Positions 1 to 8,439 of a stretch of 64,000 nucleotides of DNA are shown piece after piece (position 1 is the stretch's first letter; each line of letters begins with the position of its first letter). The position numbers and the translations under genes are program-made. The stretch lies in NCBI GenBank assembly GCA_012840125.1, contig DULZ01000044.1, positions 17,975 through 81,974 of the forward strand, read 5' to 3'. A model generated the notes under the pieces. It ran no database searches. It was not told the DNA's origin and saw only the letters and a list, made by a program, of their open reading frames with translations. This DNA comes from Clostridia bacterium. GTDB taxonomy: Bacteria; Bacillota; DULZ01.

Positions 1-12
1 ACCGCCTGCCAT
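1..12 (-). CDS. 5' start of the next gene, truncated by the window edge (position after flgM-flgN suggests flgK)
   Basis: ATG at 12 (MAGG...) with GAGGTG RBS upstream; identity inferred from synteny only. Confidence 0.25.
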
Positions 13-40
13 CTAATTCACCTCGTGCCTTTGGGATAGC

Positions 41-520
41 TTAAACGCTTTTATCAATTAAAGCCGGCGACACTGGCGGCTGTTCCACGGTGCCGTCGGG
101 CTGGTAAGTAGATGTCTGGTTAAAAATGTTCAGCAGCTTACGGGTGTAATACAGGGACTGCTGAAGCAGCATCTGGTTTAACTCTTGCTGTTCCTTCAAA
201 AGCTCCAATTTACCATGGAGGACTCTGGCTGTTTCCCTGAGGTCCGCGGGCAAATCGGCATCACCGACCAGTTCACTCAATACCGGAGGAGAAGCTAAAC
301 CCATCTCCTGAGCAAGAGCTTCTAAAGCTTGCACCCTCTTTGCTTCCAAGGGTTGCAGTTTTGCCGCCAGCAGCTGCTGTTGCTGGACGATAGCCAGCAA
401 GCGTTCCAGATCATCCTTTTTTAGCGCTTCCGTTTGCTGGTAGGCTGCCGTCAGCAGGTCCTCAACGACGGGGATCATTTGAGACAGTACGGTTTGCAGT
501 TCTGTTACCGGGTTAGACAT
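41..520 (-). CDS. flgN: Flagellar export chaperone FlgN
   Basis: Helical protein with QQELNQMLLQQSLYY and TYQPDG C-terminal pattern, directly downstream of flgM; start moved to ATG 520. Confidence 0.8.
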   Translation of the reverse strand: MSNPVTELQTVLSQMIPVVEDLLTAAYQQTEALKKDDLERLLAIVQQQQLLAAKLQPLEAKRVQALEALAQEMGLASPPVLSELVGDADLPADLRETARVLHGKLELLKEQQELNQMLLQQSLYYTRKLLNIFNQTSTYQPDGTVEQPPVSPALIDKSV

Positions 521-528
521 GAGCACAC

Positions 529-810
529 CTACTTTTCCTCTCTCATGTGCTTCCACATGCTCTCCGCCAGCTGCCGGGGACTGACGTGATATACTCTGGC
601 CTCCAACTGGGACTTAATTCTGTCTACCAGCTCCTGCCGTATATCCGGTAACGCCATGCCCTGGCGCGCCAGTTCCTGTACTTTCTGGGCTTCCGGCGAC
701 AATTCCAGGATATCTCCTTTGGAAGTACCGTTCTTGCCCTTCGCCTTCAACTGCTGTTGCTGGTGATAAATTTGAAAAGGGTTAACCGGTCCTTTGCCAG
801 TGATTTTCAT
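529..810 (-). CDS. flgM: Anti-sigma-28 factor FlgM
   Basis: MKI start, DILELSPEA, C-terminal IRQELVDRIKSQLEARVYHV motif; sigma-28 promoter upstream. Confidence 0.88.
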   Translation of the reverse strand: MKITGKGPVNPFQIYHQQQQLKAKGKNGTSKGDILELSPEAQKVQELARQGMALPDIRQELVDRIKSQLEARVYHVSPRQLAESMWKHMREEK

Positions 811-850
811 CCATAACACCACCCGTGACTGCGATTGCTCTTTACTATAT

Positions 851-877
851 GTATCGGCACCAGGTGAATTATACTTA
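851..877 (-). promoter_or_regulatory. Sigma-28 (SigD/FliA) promoter of flgM
   Basis: TAAG-N15-GCCGATAC on minus strand versus consensus TAAA-N15-GCCGATA. Confidence 0.8.
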
Positions 878-889
878 AGAGGAAATCAC

Positions 890-1984
890 CTATTTTGTGA
901 CTCCCACTAAATTGGTGATTTCCTCTCCTATTTTCGTCAACGGTACTACTTTGTCCACTACGCCGGCTTCCACCGCCGACTTGGGCATACCGTAAACAAT
1001 ACATGAAGCCTCGTCCTGGGCTATCACATAGCCGGAGGCTTCTTTGATGGCTTTTAAACCCTTAGTGCCGTCCGAACCCATGCCGGTCATGATGACACCC
1101 AGGGCGGAAGGCCCATAGACGCGGGCCACCGATAAAAAAAGCACATCCACAGACGGCCTGAATAAGGTCTGGTAGTCGGTTTTTTCCGAAACCCGTACCC
1201 GTACTTGGCCGTTCCTTTCTTCCACCTCCGTCTGGAAACCTGCCGGGGCAATCAAAGCCTGGCCCTTTTCCACCGCATCCCCGTCTGCCGCTTCTTTCAC
1301 CGGCAAATTGCCTAGATCATTCAATCGATTAGCCAGGGACCTGGTAAAACCGGGCGGCATGTGCTGGGCCACAATTACCGCCGCATCCAGGCCTGCCGGA
1401 AGGGACTTAAATACCTCGGCCAGGGCCGCCGGCCCGCCGGTGGAAGTGCCGATGGCCACCATCGAAAGCGGCTTTTTGTCCTGCAAAGACGGGCGGGAAA
1501 CCGGTGACGGAGCTGCCGCCTCTTCCTTGGGGCAAGGCCGTCCGCCGCATAAAGCTCTCTGGCGTTCAATCCGGTCCACGGGTACCCCGGCCGCCAGCTT
1601 TACTTTGGCCCGGAGTTCCTCCGCCAGCAGCATGATGTCGGCTCGCTTTTCCGGCTTCGGTACAAAATCCACCGCCCCTAATTCCAAAGCCCGCAAAGTA
1701 ATTTGTGCCCCTGCAGTGGTAACGGCACTAAGCATCACCACCGGCAAGGGCTGGGTGTCCATTAAGGCTTTTAAAGTTTCCAAGCCCCCCATGCCCGGCA
1801 TTTCCACATCGAGGGTAATCACGTCGGGTCTAAGCCGCCGGATTTTCTCCAAGGCCTCCCTGCCTTCCCGGGCATAACCTATTACCTTGATCTGGGGGTC
1901 ACTTTCCAGCATGGCGGTGATCATCCGCCGCATGAACGCCGAATCATCGACGACAAATACTTTAACAGGGCTTTGCACCAACAT
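890..1984 (-). CDS. cheB: Chemotaxis methylesterase CheB
   Basis: Receiver domain (VVDDS, TLDVEMP) plus methylesterase motifs GTSTGG, QHMP, TGMGSDG. Confidence 0.97.
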   Translation of the reverse strand: MLVQSPVKVFVVDDSAFMRRMITAMLESDPQIKVIGYAREGREALEKIRRLRPDVITLDVEMPGMGGLETLKALMDTQPLPVVMLSAVTTAGAQITLRALELGAVDFVPKPEKRADIMLLAEELRAKVKLAAGVPVDRIERQRALCGGRPCPKEEAAAPSPVSRPSLQDKKPLSMVAIGTSTGGPAALAEVFKSLPAGLDAAVIVAQHMPPGFTRSLANRLNDLGNLPVKEAADGDAVEKGQALIAPAGFQTEVEERNGQVRVRVSEKTDYQTLFRPSVDVLFLSVARVYGPSALGVIMTGMGSDGTKGLKAIKEASGYVIAQDEASCIVYGMPKSAVEAGVVDKVVPLTKIGEEITNLVGVTK

Positions 1985-4089
1985 TACACACCTGCCTGTC
2001 CCGCCAAACCACGCACGTCAAGAATCAAGGCTACTTTACCGTCGCCCATAATGGTGGCTCCTGCCAATCCCGGGATTTGACCGATAAACTCGCCTAATGA
2101 TTTAATCACGATTTCCTGTTCCCCGATTAATTCATCGACAATAAAGCCGATGCGTTTTTCCGAAATCCCGACCACCACCACCGGCAGCCTGGTTTCCTTG
2201 CTTTCCGGTACAGGAAAATCGAGCACGTCCGCCAGTTTGAAGAGAGGCAGGACTTCACCGCGGAGCAGCACCACATCCCGCTGCTGCACCTTCTGGATGT
2301 CCTTCACTTCCACATCGATGATTTCCACCACATTGGCCAACGGGAAGGCAAAAACCTGCCGGCCTAGATACACCAGTAAGGAGCGGTTAATGGCCAGGGT
2401 CAAGGGCAGCTTGATGGTAAACTTGGTACCCTTGCCCGGGATGGTATCAATATCCACTACCCCGTTAATCTTTTCAATATGGGTCCGGACGATGTCCATA
2501 CCTACGCCGCGGCCGGATACATCGCTTACGGTTTTCGCCGTGGAAAAGCCGGGGGCGAAGATCAAGTTGATGGCTTCCCGGTCTCCCAACCTTGCCGCCG
2601 CCTCGGGGGTGATCACTCCTTTTTCCACGGCTTTTTCCCGGATCACCGCCGGATCAATGCCTTTACCGTCATCCTCCACGGTGATGACGATCTGGTTTTC
2701 CTGGTGAAATGCTCTCAGCTTAATGGTACCGGCAGCGGGTTTTCCTGCCTTCACCCGCTCCGCCGGGCTCTCGATCCCGTGGTCGATGGCGTTACGCAGC
2801 AGGTGAATCAACGGATCGCCGATTTCTTCGATAACCGTCCGGTCTAACTCCGTTTCCCGGCCTTCGATGATGAAATTGATCTCCTTCTCGGCCTTTTGCG
2901 CTAGATCCCGCACCATACGGGGAAAACGGTTAAATACCTGCTCAATGGGAAACATCCTGGCTTTCATGATTTCTTCCTGCAGGTCCCCGATAATGCGGCC
3001 GATATGTACCGTCACTTCTTCTAAAGTTTCCAACAGCCCCTCTGCGCCCAGCTTAGCCTTCAGTCCTCCATTGACATCGGCCAACCTGGTACGGTCGATG
3101 ACCAGCTCCCCCACCAGGTTCATCAAGTTCTCCAACCGCTGCACGTCCACCCGCACCGTCTGGGTGGTCCTAGCGGGCCCTTGGGGCTGGGTATAACTTT
3201 TTTGTGTTTTCGCGGCATCCGTCCCGTTGTCTTCGGACCGTTTGCCCGGTAGTACTCCCGTCACGGCTTCCGGAATTGCCGTAGCTTGCACAGGATGTAC
3301 CTCCACGGCGGCAATTTCCGAAACGGACATAATGGTATCCTGGAGCTTATCCGCCGTTGCCCTGGTGACAATCACGAATTGGAAGGAATCATCGAATTTC
3401 TCTTCCTCAATATCCTCCACCGAAGGAATGGTCTTGATCACTTCTCCCAGGTCTTTAATATTATTAAACACAATATAAGCCCTAGCCCCTTTCATGAGAC
3501 AATCAGGGACCAAGGTGACTTTCACATGCCAGACGTGGTACCCGCTGGCTTTGGCGGCAGCCGCCACATTGACTTCCACGTCATCCATGTTCAAGTCGGC
3601 GCTGTCGATGGTTTTTGGCAGCTCCCCGATCACGGGAGTGGTTTCTTCAACCGGGACCTCCGCCAAAACTTCCGGCTCCCGCGGCTTGGGGGAAGCTCCC
3701 TGGCTCTTGATGTTGCGCAGCTCTTCAATTAAAGGAGAAACATCGATCCCGTTTTCCTGCCCGCTCCTGATATTCTCTTTGAGCTCCTTCAACATATCCA
3801 AGCCGTGCAGCAGGTGATCGATGATTTCCGAGGTGACCTCTAGATGGCCGTGGCGCAGGTCATCCAGTACCCCTTCCATGGCGTGGGTTAATTGGGCCAT
3901 GTTTTCAAACCCCATGGAAGCCGACGATCCTTTCAGCGTATGGGCAGCCCGGAAAATCTTATTAAGAAGCTCCTTGTCGTCCCCTTCCTGTTCCAGGAGC
4001 ACCAGGGTTTCATCGAGAATCTGGATTTGTTCTTCCGCTTCATCCAGGAAAATACTCAAATATTGGCTGATATCAAAATCTGCAGACAT
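1984..4089 (-). CDS. cheA: Chemotaxis histidine kinase CheA
   Basis: Hpt FRAAHTLKG, P2 domain, TVRVD dimerisation domain, HATPase (NAIDHG, SGRGVGMD), C-terminal CheW domain. Confidence 0.98.
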   Translation of the reverse strand: MSADFDISQYLSIFLDEAEEQIQILDETLVLLEQEGDDKELLNKIFRAAHTLKGSSASMGFENMAQLTHAMEGVLDDLRHGHLEVTSEIIDHLLHGLDMLKELKENIRSGQENGIDVSPLIEELRNIKSQGASPKPREPEVLAEVPVEETTPVIGELPKTIDSADLNMDDVEVNVAAAAKASGYHVWHVKVTLVPDCLMKGARAYIVFNNIKDLGEVIKTIPSVEDIEEEKFDDSFQFVIVTRATADKLQDTIMSVSEIAAVEVHPVQATAIPEAVTGVLPGKRSEDNGTDAAKTQKSYTQPQGPARTTQTVRVDVQRLENLMNLVGELVIDRTRLADVNGGLKAKLGAEGLLETLEEVTVHIGRIIGDLQEEIMKARMFPIEQVFNRFPRMVRDLAQKAEKEINFIIEGRETELDRTVIEEIGDPLIHLLRNAIDHGIESPAERVKAGKPAAGTIKLRAFHQENQIVITVEDDGKGIDPAVIREKAVEKGVITPEAAARLGDREAINLIFAPGFSTAKTVSDVSGRGVGMDIVRTHIEKINGVVDIDTIPGKGTKFTIKLPLTLAINRSLLVYLGRQVFAFPLANVVEIIDVEVKDIQKVQQRDVVLLRGEVLPLFKLADVLDFPVPESKETRLPVVVVGISEKRIGFIVDELIGEQEIVIKSLGEFIGQIPGLAGATIMGDGKVALILDVRGLAGQAGV

Positions 4090-4131
4090 CCTACCGGCAC
4101 CTCCTACCCCATTGCCCCGGCAGACTGCAGG

Positions 4132-4644
4132 TTATACCTCTTTCCCTGCAGCCGCCAGTTCCCTGGTATGTTGTTCCAACGCCTTGTGTTCTGACTTATC
4201 GAGCACTTTGTCCAGATCCAGCAGAATAATCAATCTATCCTGCCATTTACCAACGCCGCGGAGGTATTCGGTCTCAATACCGCCTACAATCGCCGGTGGA
4301 GGAGGATCGATGTTGGCCGTAGGAAGTCTAAGGACTTCAGAAACGGAATCCACAATCATCCCGACGGTAACTCCCTTTACTTCCACCACGATAATGCGGG
4401 AATGGGAAGTCTCTTCCTCTAAAGGCAGGCCAAACCGCTTATGAAGATCAATGACAGGCACAATCCGGCCTCTTAAGTTAATTACTCCTTCCACAAACTC
4501 AGGCGTGCGCGGCACTTTGGTGATGCTCTGCATGCGAATAATCTCATGGACCACGGATATTTCAATGCCGTAAGTTTCATTGCCTAACTGGAAAACAACC
4601 AGCTGCTCTTCCATCGCCGTGGCGGTGCTTTTGTCTTGCTCCAT
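4132..4644 (-). CDS. cheW: Chemotaxis coupling protein CheW
   Basis: VPRTPEFVEGVINLRGRIVPVIDL, GMIVDSV; start moved to ATG 4644. Confidence 0.96.
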   Translation of the reverse strand: MEQDKSTATAMEEQLVVFQLGNETYGIEISVVHEIIRMQSITKVPRTPEFVEGVINLRGRIVPVIDLHKRFGLPLEEETSHSRIIVVEVKGVTVGMIVDSVSEVLRLPTANIDPPPPAIVGGIETEYLRGVGKWQDRLIILLDLDKVLDKSEHKALEQHTRELAAAGKEV

Positions 4645-4770
4645 GCTCAACCATCCTTTCTTCGCCGGGTTTGCTGTCAAGGGTCACAATATATACATAT
4701 TTCCATGGATTTTAACGGAATCCTTTGTGCTTTGGAACATCCCACCAAAAAACCTGGGCCCGGTCTGCGG

Positions 4771-6762
4771 TTACTGCTTGCCCACCAGGGAAAACATTTT
4801 CTGCTCGTGGGTAATCCGTTCCACCCTCGTGCCGGCATAAATCACCACGCCGGGAAAAACACGGTCGGCTTTCACCCTCTTGCCCGGTTTAATCCGCACT
4901 TCCGTCACCACTTCCGCCGGGCTCCCCAGTTCCCGCACGATTACATTACCCCCGGCCGCAATCTCGCCGCCCCGGAAGGTGCCGGGGCTGCCTTGGATGA
5001 TTACATCTCCCCCGGCAAAAATGTTGGCGCTGTAAGAACCTTTGCCGGTAATACGCACATCACCGCTGCATTCCAGGTGGGAATTCTGTACATAACCGGT
5101 CACGAGATCGGCTTTGGCGGCGGCGATATCTTCCAAGAGCACCATGGCTTGTTCCGCTTTCTCCAAAAAGCTGGCGAACATTGTATCGGCCATTTGGAGT
5201 CTCTTGATGCCCAGGGGACCGCTGCCGGAGAGCTTTTGGCACAATTCTTCATATTCTTCCGCAAAGATTCTTACTTCAGCGTATTCAATATTCTTCACCA
5301 GCTGTTCCAAGTCGGCCCTGCCTTCCTCCAGCCGCTGGGGCAGGTGGGCAAACTTCTTGCCTAACAGCATCTTGAGGATGATCCCTTCCCCCACCCTGGC
5401 CACGTCCCGGTTTTGGGCAAAAGAAGGATGCATTAAAAGCTGCCCTGCGGCAACCAGCAATTTCGGCAGTTCATCTTTCAGATCGCTGATGACGTTCATG
5501 ACCTTGCCGGCTACGGTGCTCAAGCCGCCGGCCCGCACGGTGCAGCCTACGATGTTTTTGTGGACGATCACATTACCGCCGGCCACAATGGTGGCATTGG
5601 CCGCATACCCGTTGATGATCACCTGCCCGGTGGCTTCGATGGACATTTCGTCCTGCAGACTTCCCATGACCTGGACATCGCCTTTGAAGACCACCTTGCC
5701 CACCTTGGCATCCACATCGCCGGTCAGGACGTAGGAAGGATGCACGGTCACCCGGGCGCCGCGTATTTCCGGTCTCCCGCTGATCAACGCGTAAGCTCGG
5801 CGCCCGCTTTCATCCACTTCCACCCCATTCCCGGCTACCAAAGTGATTTCCTTCGGCGGCTTCGGTTTAAGAATCCGGCCGTAAATATCCAAGCCTGACT
5901 TGCCTTCCACCGGCGGTACCACTTCGGCGATGAGCTGCCCGGCCTCCACGCTGGCCACGGCATGCCGGGCCACTCGCTGCACGAATTTTTCTTCTTCCTC
6001 CTCCGCCGGTTCCTCTTCCTCTTCCAAGTAGACGGCTTTCACGTAAGCATCTCGGGAAGGCATGGGCCTTTCTCCCTCAGCCACCAGCAGCTCGCCGGCT
6101 TGCTCATCGTTGACCAATCTCAGTAAGTTTTCCTCGTGGATGCCGCTTACAATGTTACGGCTGCTGAGAAGGTTCTTCAATTCCGCCAGGGTAATCACGG
6201 GATCCAGGTCCTCCACCAACCTGGCCTTTACCATCAGCTCCCGCCGCGGGGGGCTGTCCTGGATTTCATAAACCTTGCCCTTAGTGCGGTGAATGGTTAG
6301 AAAAGCTTGCAGGTCATCCTCACTTACCCGGAGCTCCGGTTCCCACTCCGGCTCCACTTGTTCCGCCAGGACAACGATATCGTCCCCGGAACTCACCTCC
6401 GTGGGTTTCTCAATGATTTCCCCGTTTACGATTATTTGCACATTGGGACCGGGAGCGATGACAGGGGCCAACCCGTCACCCACCGGATCCTGCACGATGA
6501 CTTGACCGTTGACGATTTGCACGGTGCCGTCCGGTGATACTTCCCCGGACGCGGCACTGTTCTCCCCGGTTTCCTCTGAGGTGGCTTTGACTGAGACTTG
6601 AATGACAGCGGGGGATTCGCCCAGTCCTAAGAAACCTCTTTTCGGTTGACGAATTACTTCAATCTCTAGTGCGTCCCTGGTGCATCCCAACTGCTGTTGG
6701 GCTTTGGCAACGGCTTCCTCGACGGTTTTCCCTTCTACCAGAATTTTCTCCTGCTTGGTCAA
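4771..6762 (-). CDS. FapA/DUF342-family protein with N-terminal Jag_N-like domain
   Basis: GKTVEEAV...KRGFLGLG at N-terminus; PVEGKSGLDIYG, GDVDAKVGKVVFKGDV and beta-helix repeats typical of DUF342. Confidence 0.75.
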   Translation of the reverse strand: MTKQEKILVEGKTVEEAVAKAQQQLGCTRDALEIEVIRQPKRGFLGLGESPAVIQVSVKATSEETGENSAASGEVSPDGTVQIVNGQVIVQDPVGDGLAPVIAPGPNVQIIVNGEIIEKPTEVSSGDDIVVLAEQVEPEWEPELRVSEDDLQAFLTIHRTKGKVYEIQDSPPRRELMVKARLVEDLDPVITLAELKNLLSSRNIVSGIHEENLLRLVNDEQAGELLVAEGERPMPSRDAYVKAVYLEEEEEPAEEEEEKFVQRVARHAVASVEAGQLIAEVVPPVEGKSGLDIYGRILKPKPPKEITLVAGNGVEVDESGRRAYALISGRPEIRGARVTVHPSYVLTGDVDAKVGKVVFKGDVQVMGSLQDEMSIEATGQVIINGYAANATIVAGGNVIVHKNIVGCTVRAGGLSTVAGKVMNVISDLKDELPKLLVAAGQLLMHPSFAQNRDVARVGEGIILKMLLGKKFAHLPQRLEEGRADLEQLVKNIEYAEVRIFAEEYEELCQKLSGSGPLGIKRLQMADTMFASFLEKAEQAMVLLEDIAAAKADLVTGYVQNSHLECSGDVRITGKGSYSANIFAGGDVIIQGSPGTFRGGEIAAGGNVIVRELGSPAEVVTEVRIKPGKRVKADRVFPGVVIYAGTRVERITHEQKMFSLVGKQ

Positions 6763-6804
6763 TGGGATTCCCTCCTTACTCTGCCACCTCCCACGTTGCT
6801 GTAA

Positions 6805-7419
6805 TTATTTTTGTTTTTCTATCTCTCTATCTAATTCAACATAAGGCGCCAGAGCTCCGCGCAGCTCCTCAGCCAAACTGCGGCGAATGCTCAACACCAT
6901 CGCTGCTTTATCCGTATAACTGCTTTCCACCACCCTGGCCTGGTATTTATCGACGAGATACATCACCCGGTTTACCTGGTCATAGCTGCAGGTCAGTGAA
7001 ATGAGTGTCTCCAGGATTTTCTGTTTCCTACCGGCAGCCACCAGGGCTTCTTCCGCGACCCCGCCGTAAGCATCAATCAAACCACGGATACCCAGTTTTT
7101 TCCCGCCGAAGTAACGGGTTACCACCACGGCCACATTAGTTAATTCCTGCTTCAGGATCGCGCCTAAGATAGGTTTGCCGGCTGTACCGCTGGGCTCGCC
7201 GTCATCATCGGAATAGGTGGTTACGTGGGGAGAAATCCCGAGAACATAAGCAGAGCAATTATGCGTGGCTTGGCGGTGCTCTTCTTTAATGGCGTTAATA
7301 AATTGGCGGGCTTGTTCTTCGCTCTCTACTTCCTTCACATGGGCTAGAAAGCGGGAACGTTCAATCACCCGCCGGATGCTGATAGATTGATTTACCGTAG
7401 TGTATTCATCCAAAATCAT
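6805..7419 (-). CDS. yigZ: YigZ/IMPACT family protein
   Basis: SRFLA, ATHNCSAY, DDGEPSGTAGKP, VVTRYFGGKKLG. Confidence 0.93.
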   Translation of the reverse strand: MILDEYTTVNQSISIRRVIERSRFLAHVKEVESEEQARQFINAIKEEHRQATHNCSAYVLGISPHVTTYSDDDGEPSGTAGKPILGAILKQELTNVAVVVTRYFGGKKLGIRGLIDAYGGVAEEALVAAGRKQKILETLISLTCSYDQVNRVMYLVDKYQARVVESSYTDKAAMVLSIRRSLAEELRGALAPYVELDREIEKQK

Positions 7420-7604
7420 AGCTGTTCCAATACGATGCGATGATCCACCAAAGCCATTTCCTTGATGCGAGCCTTCACGATCTTCTTGGTGCCGAAAATA
7501 TTCTCCATGATGATCGTATCACCGTCAGGGATCAGTTTATCCACTTTTTCCAGCAGCAGCTCTTCCCGCCCGTCCTTAATAATATAGGCATTAGATTCGC
7601 ACAT
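7416..7604 (-). CDS. cooT: CooT-family nickel-binding protein
   Basis: 62 aa, MCESNAY start, ENIFG, LVDHRI; strong RBS; 4-nt overlap with yigZ. Confidence 0.82.
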   Translation of the reverse strand: MCESNAYIIKDGREELLLEKVDKLIPDGDTIIMENIFGTKKIVKARIKEMALVDHRIVLEQL

Positions 7605-7732
7605 ATTGGACTACCTCCTAACCGTTATTAGCTCCCACGGTCACATGCAGTTTTATTGTTACCATATTGACAGGAATATTCGTTGAAAAAACAGTAAATC
7701 CCTTCTATTTGCTACAAATAATATCCTGAAGT

Positions 7733-7767
7733 CCAAAAAGCCCGAGGGGGTACCTCAGGCTTTTTGG
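7733..7767. terminator. Intrinsic terminator, probably bidirectional, after the ferredoxin
   Basis: AAAAAGCC-C-GAGG...CCTC-A-GGCTTTTT hairpin. Confidence 0.7.
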
Positions 7768-8157
7768 CTAGCCGTGGATGAGACCGGGGAGGCATTTGGC
7801 GCAAACCCAAACGCTGCTTCCTTTCAGGCGCACGGCAAATAAAGCGGCATCGTATTCCGTCCGGTGGCAGCGGGAGCAGTGGAGGGTGATCTCCTGGGTT
7901 TTCCCGGTGGCTTTCTGGGCGGCCAGGTGCTCCTCTACTGCTTCCTCGTTAAAGGCTTCCGCTTCCCTCTCTTCGATTTGCATGGCCCCGGTGGGACAGA
8001 CCCCCAGGCAGAAACCGGCGCCGTCGCAGAGTTCTTCTTTAATCAACCGGGCTTTGCCGTTGACGATTTCAATGGCTCCCTCGGCACAAGGGCTGACACA
8101 ATTCCCACAACCGTTACACAATTCCTCATCAATACGAATGATTTTGCGCACTACCAT
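7768..8157 (-). CDS. 4Fe-4S ferredoxin with C-terminal CxxC...CxxC domain
   Basis: CNGCGNCVSPC, CDGAGFCLGVCP, CSRC...CAKC; start moved to ATG 8157 (GGAG RBS). Confidence 0.85.
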   Translation of the reverse strand: MVVRKIIRIDEELCNGCGNCVSPCAEGAIEIVNGKARLIKEELCDGAGFCLGVCPTGAMQIEEREAEAFNEEAVEEHLAAQKATGKTQEITLHCSRCHRTEYDAALFAVRLKGSSVWVCAKCLPGLIHG

Positions 8158-8192
8158 CGGCAACATCTCCTTTGTTTCTTGCTTGCAAAGCC

Positions 8193-8235
8193 ATTGTATC
8201 CTATTTGTCATGGAAATAATGTTAACTATATCACA
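8193..8235 (-). promoter_or_regulatory. Class II Crp/Fnr-type promoter of the ferredoxin
   Basis: TGTGA-N6-TAACA (8220-8235) centred at -41.5 relative to a TACAAT -10 (8193-8198). Confidence 0.55.
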
Positions 8236-8286
8236 CCTGTTAACAATTTTGCCAGGTATACGATCCCAATGCAAGCCGCGGGCAGT

Positions 8287-8320
8287 AAAAAATAAATGGG
8301 AACGCGGCCGGGCGCCGGCC
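8287..8320 (-). terminator. Putative terminator of the dnaE2 cassette
   Basis: GGCCGG-N3-CCGGCC hairpin followed on the minus strand, after a short gap, by ATTTATTTTTT. Confidence 0.4.
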
Positions 8321-8439
8321 CACAGGTATAATTAGCCCTGGGCGGGGGCCCAGGGGGCAGCTTTCCATGGGTTAGCCGGCGGGAATAAGCGCCTTCATGA
8401 GCGAACACGCTGGATGCAGCTTCCGACCCGGCGTAACAG

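Noticed and set aside
8335-8435. tRNA-Sec or NiCo riboswitch
   Set aside because: No TCA anticodon arm or T-loop, and it does not match the NiCo four-way junction as I recall it
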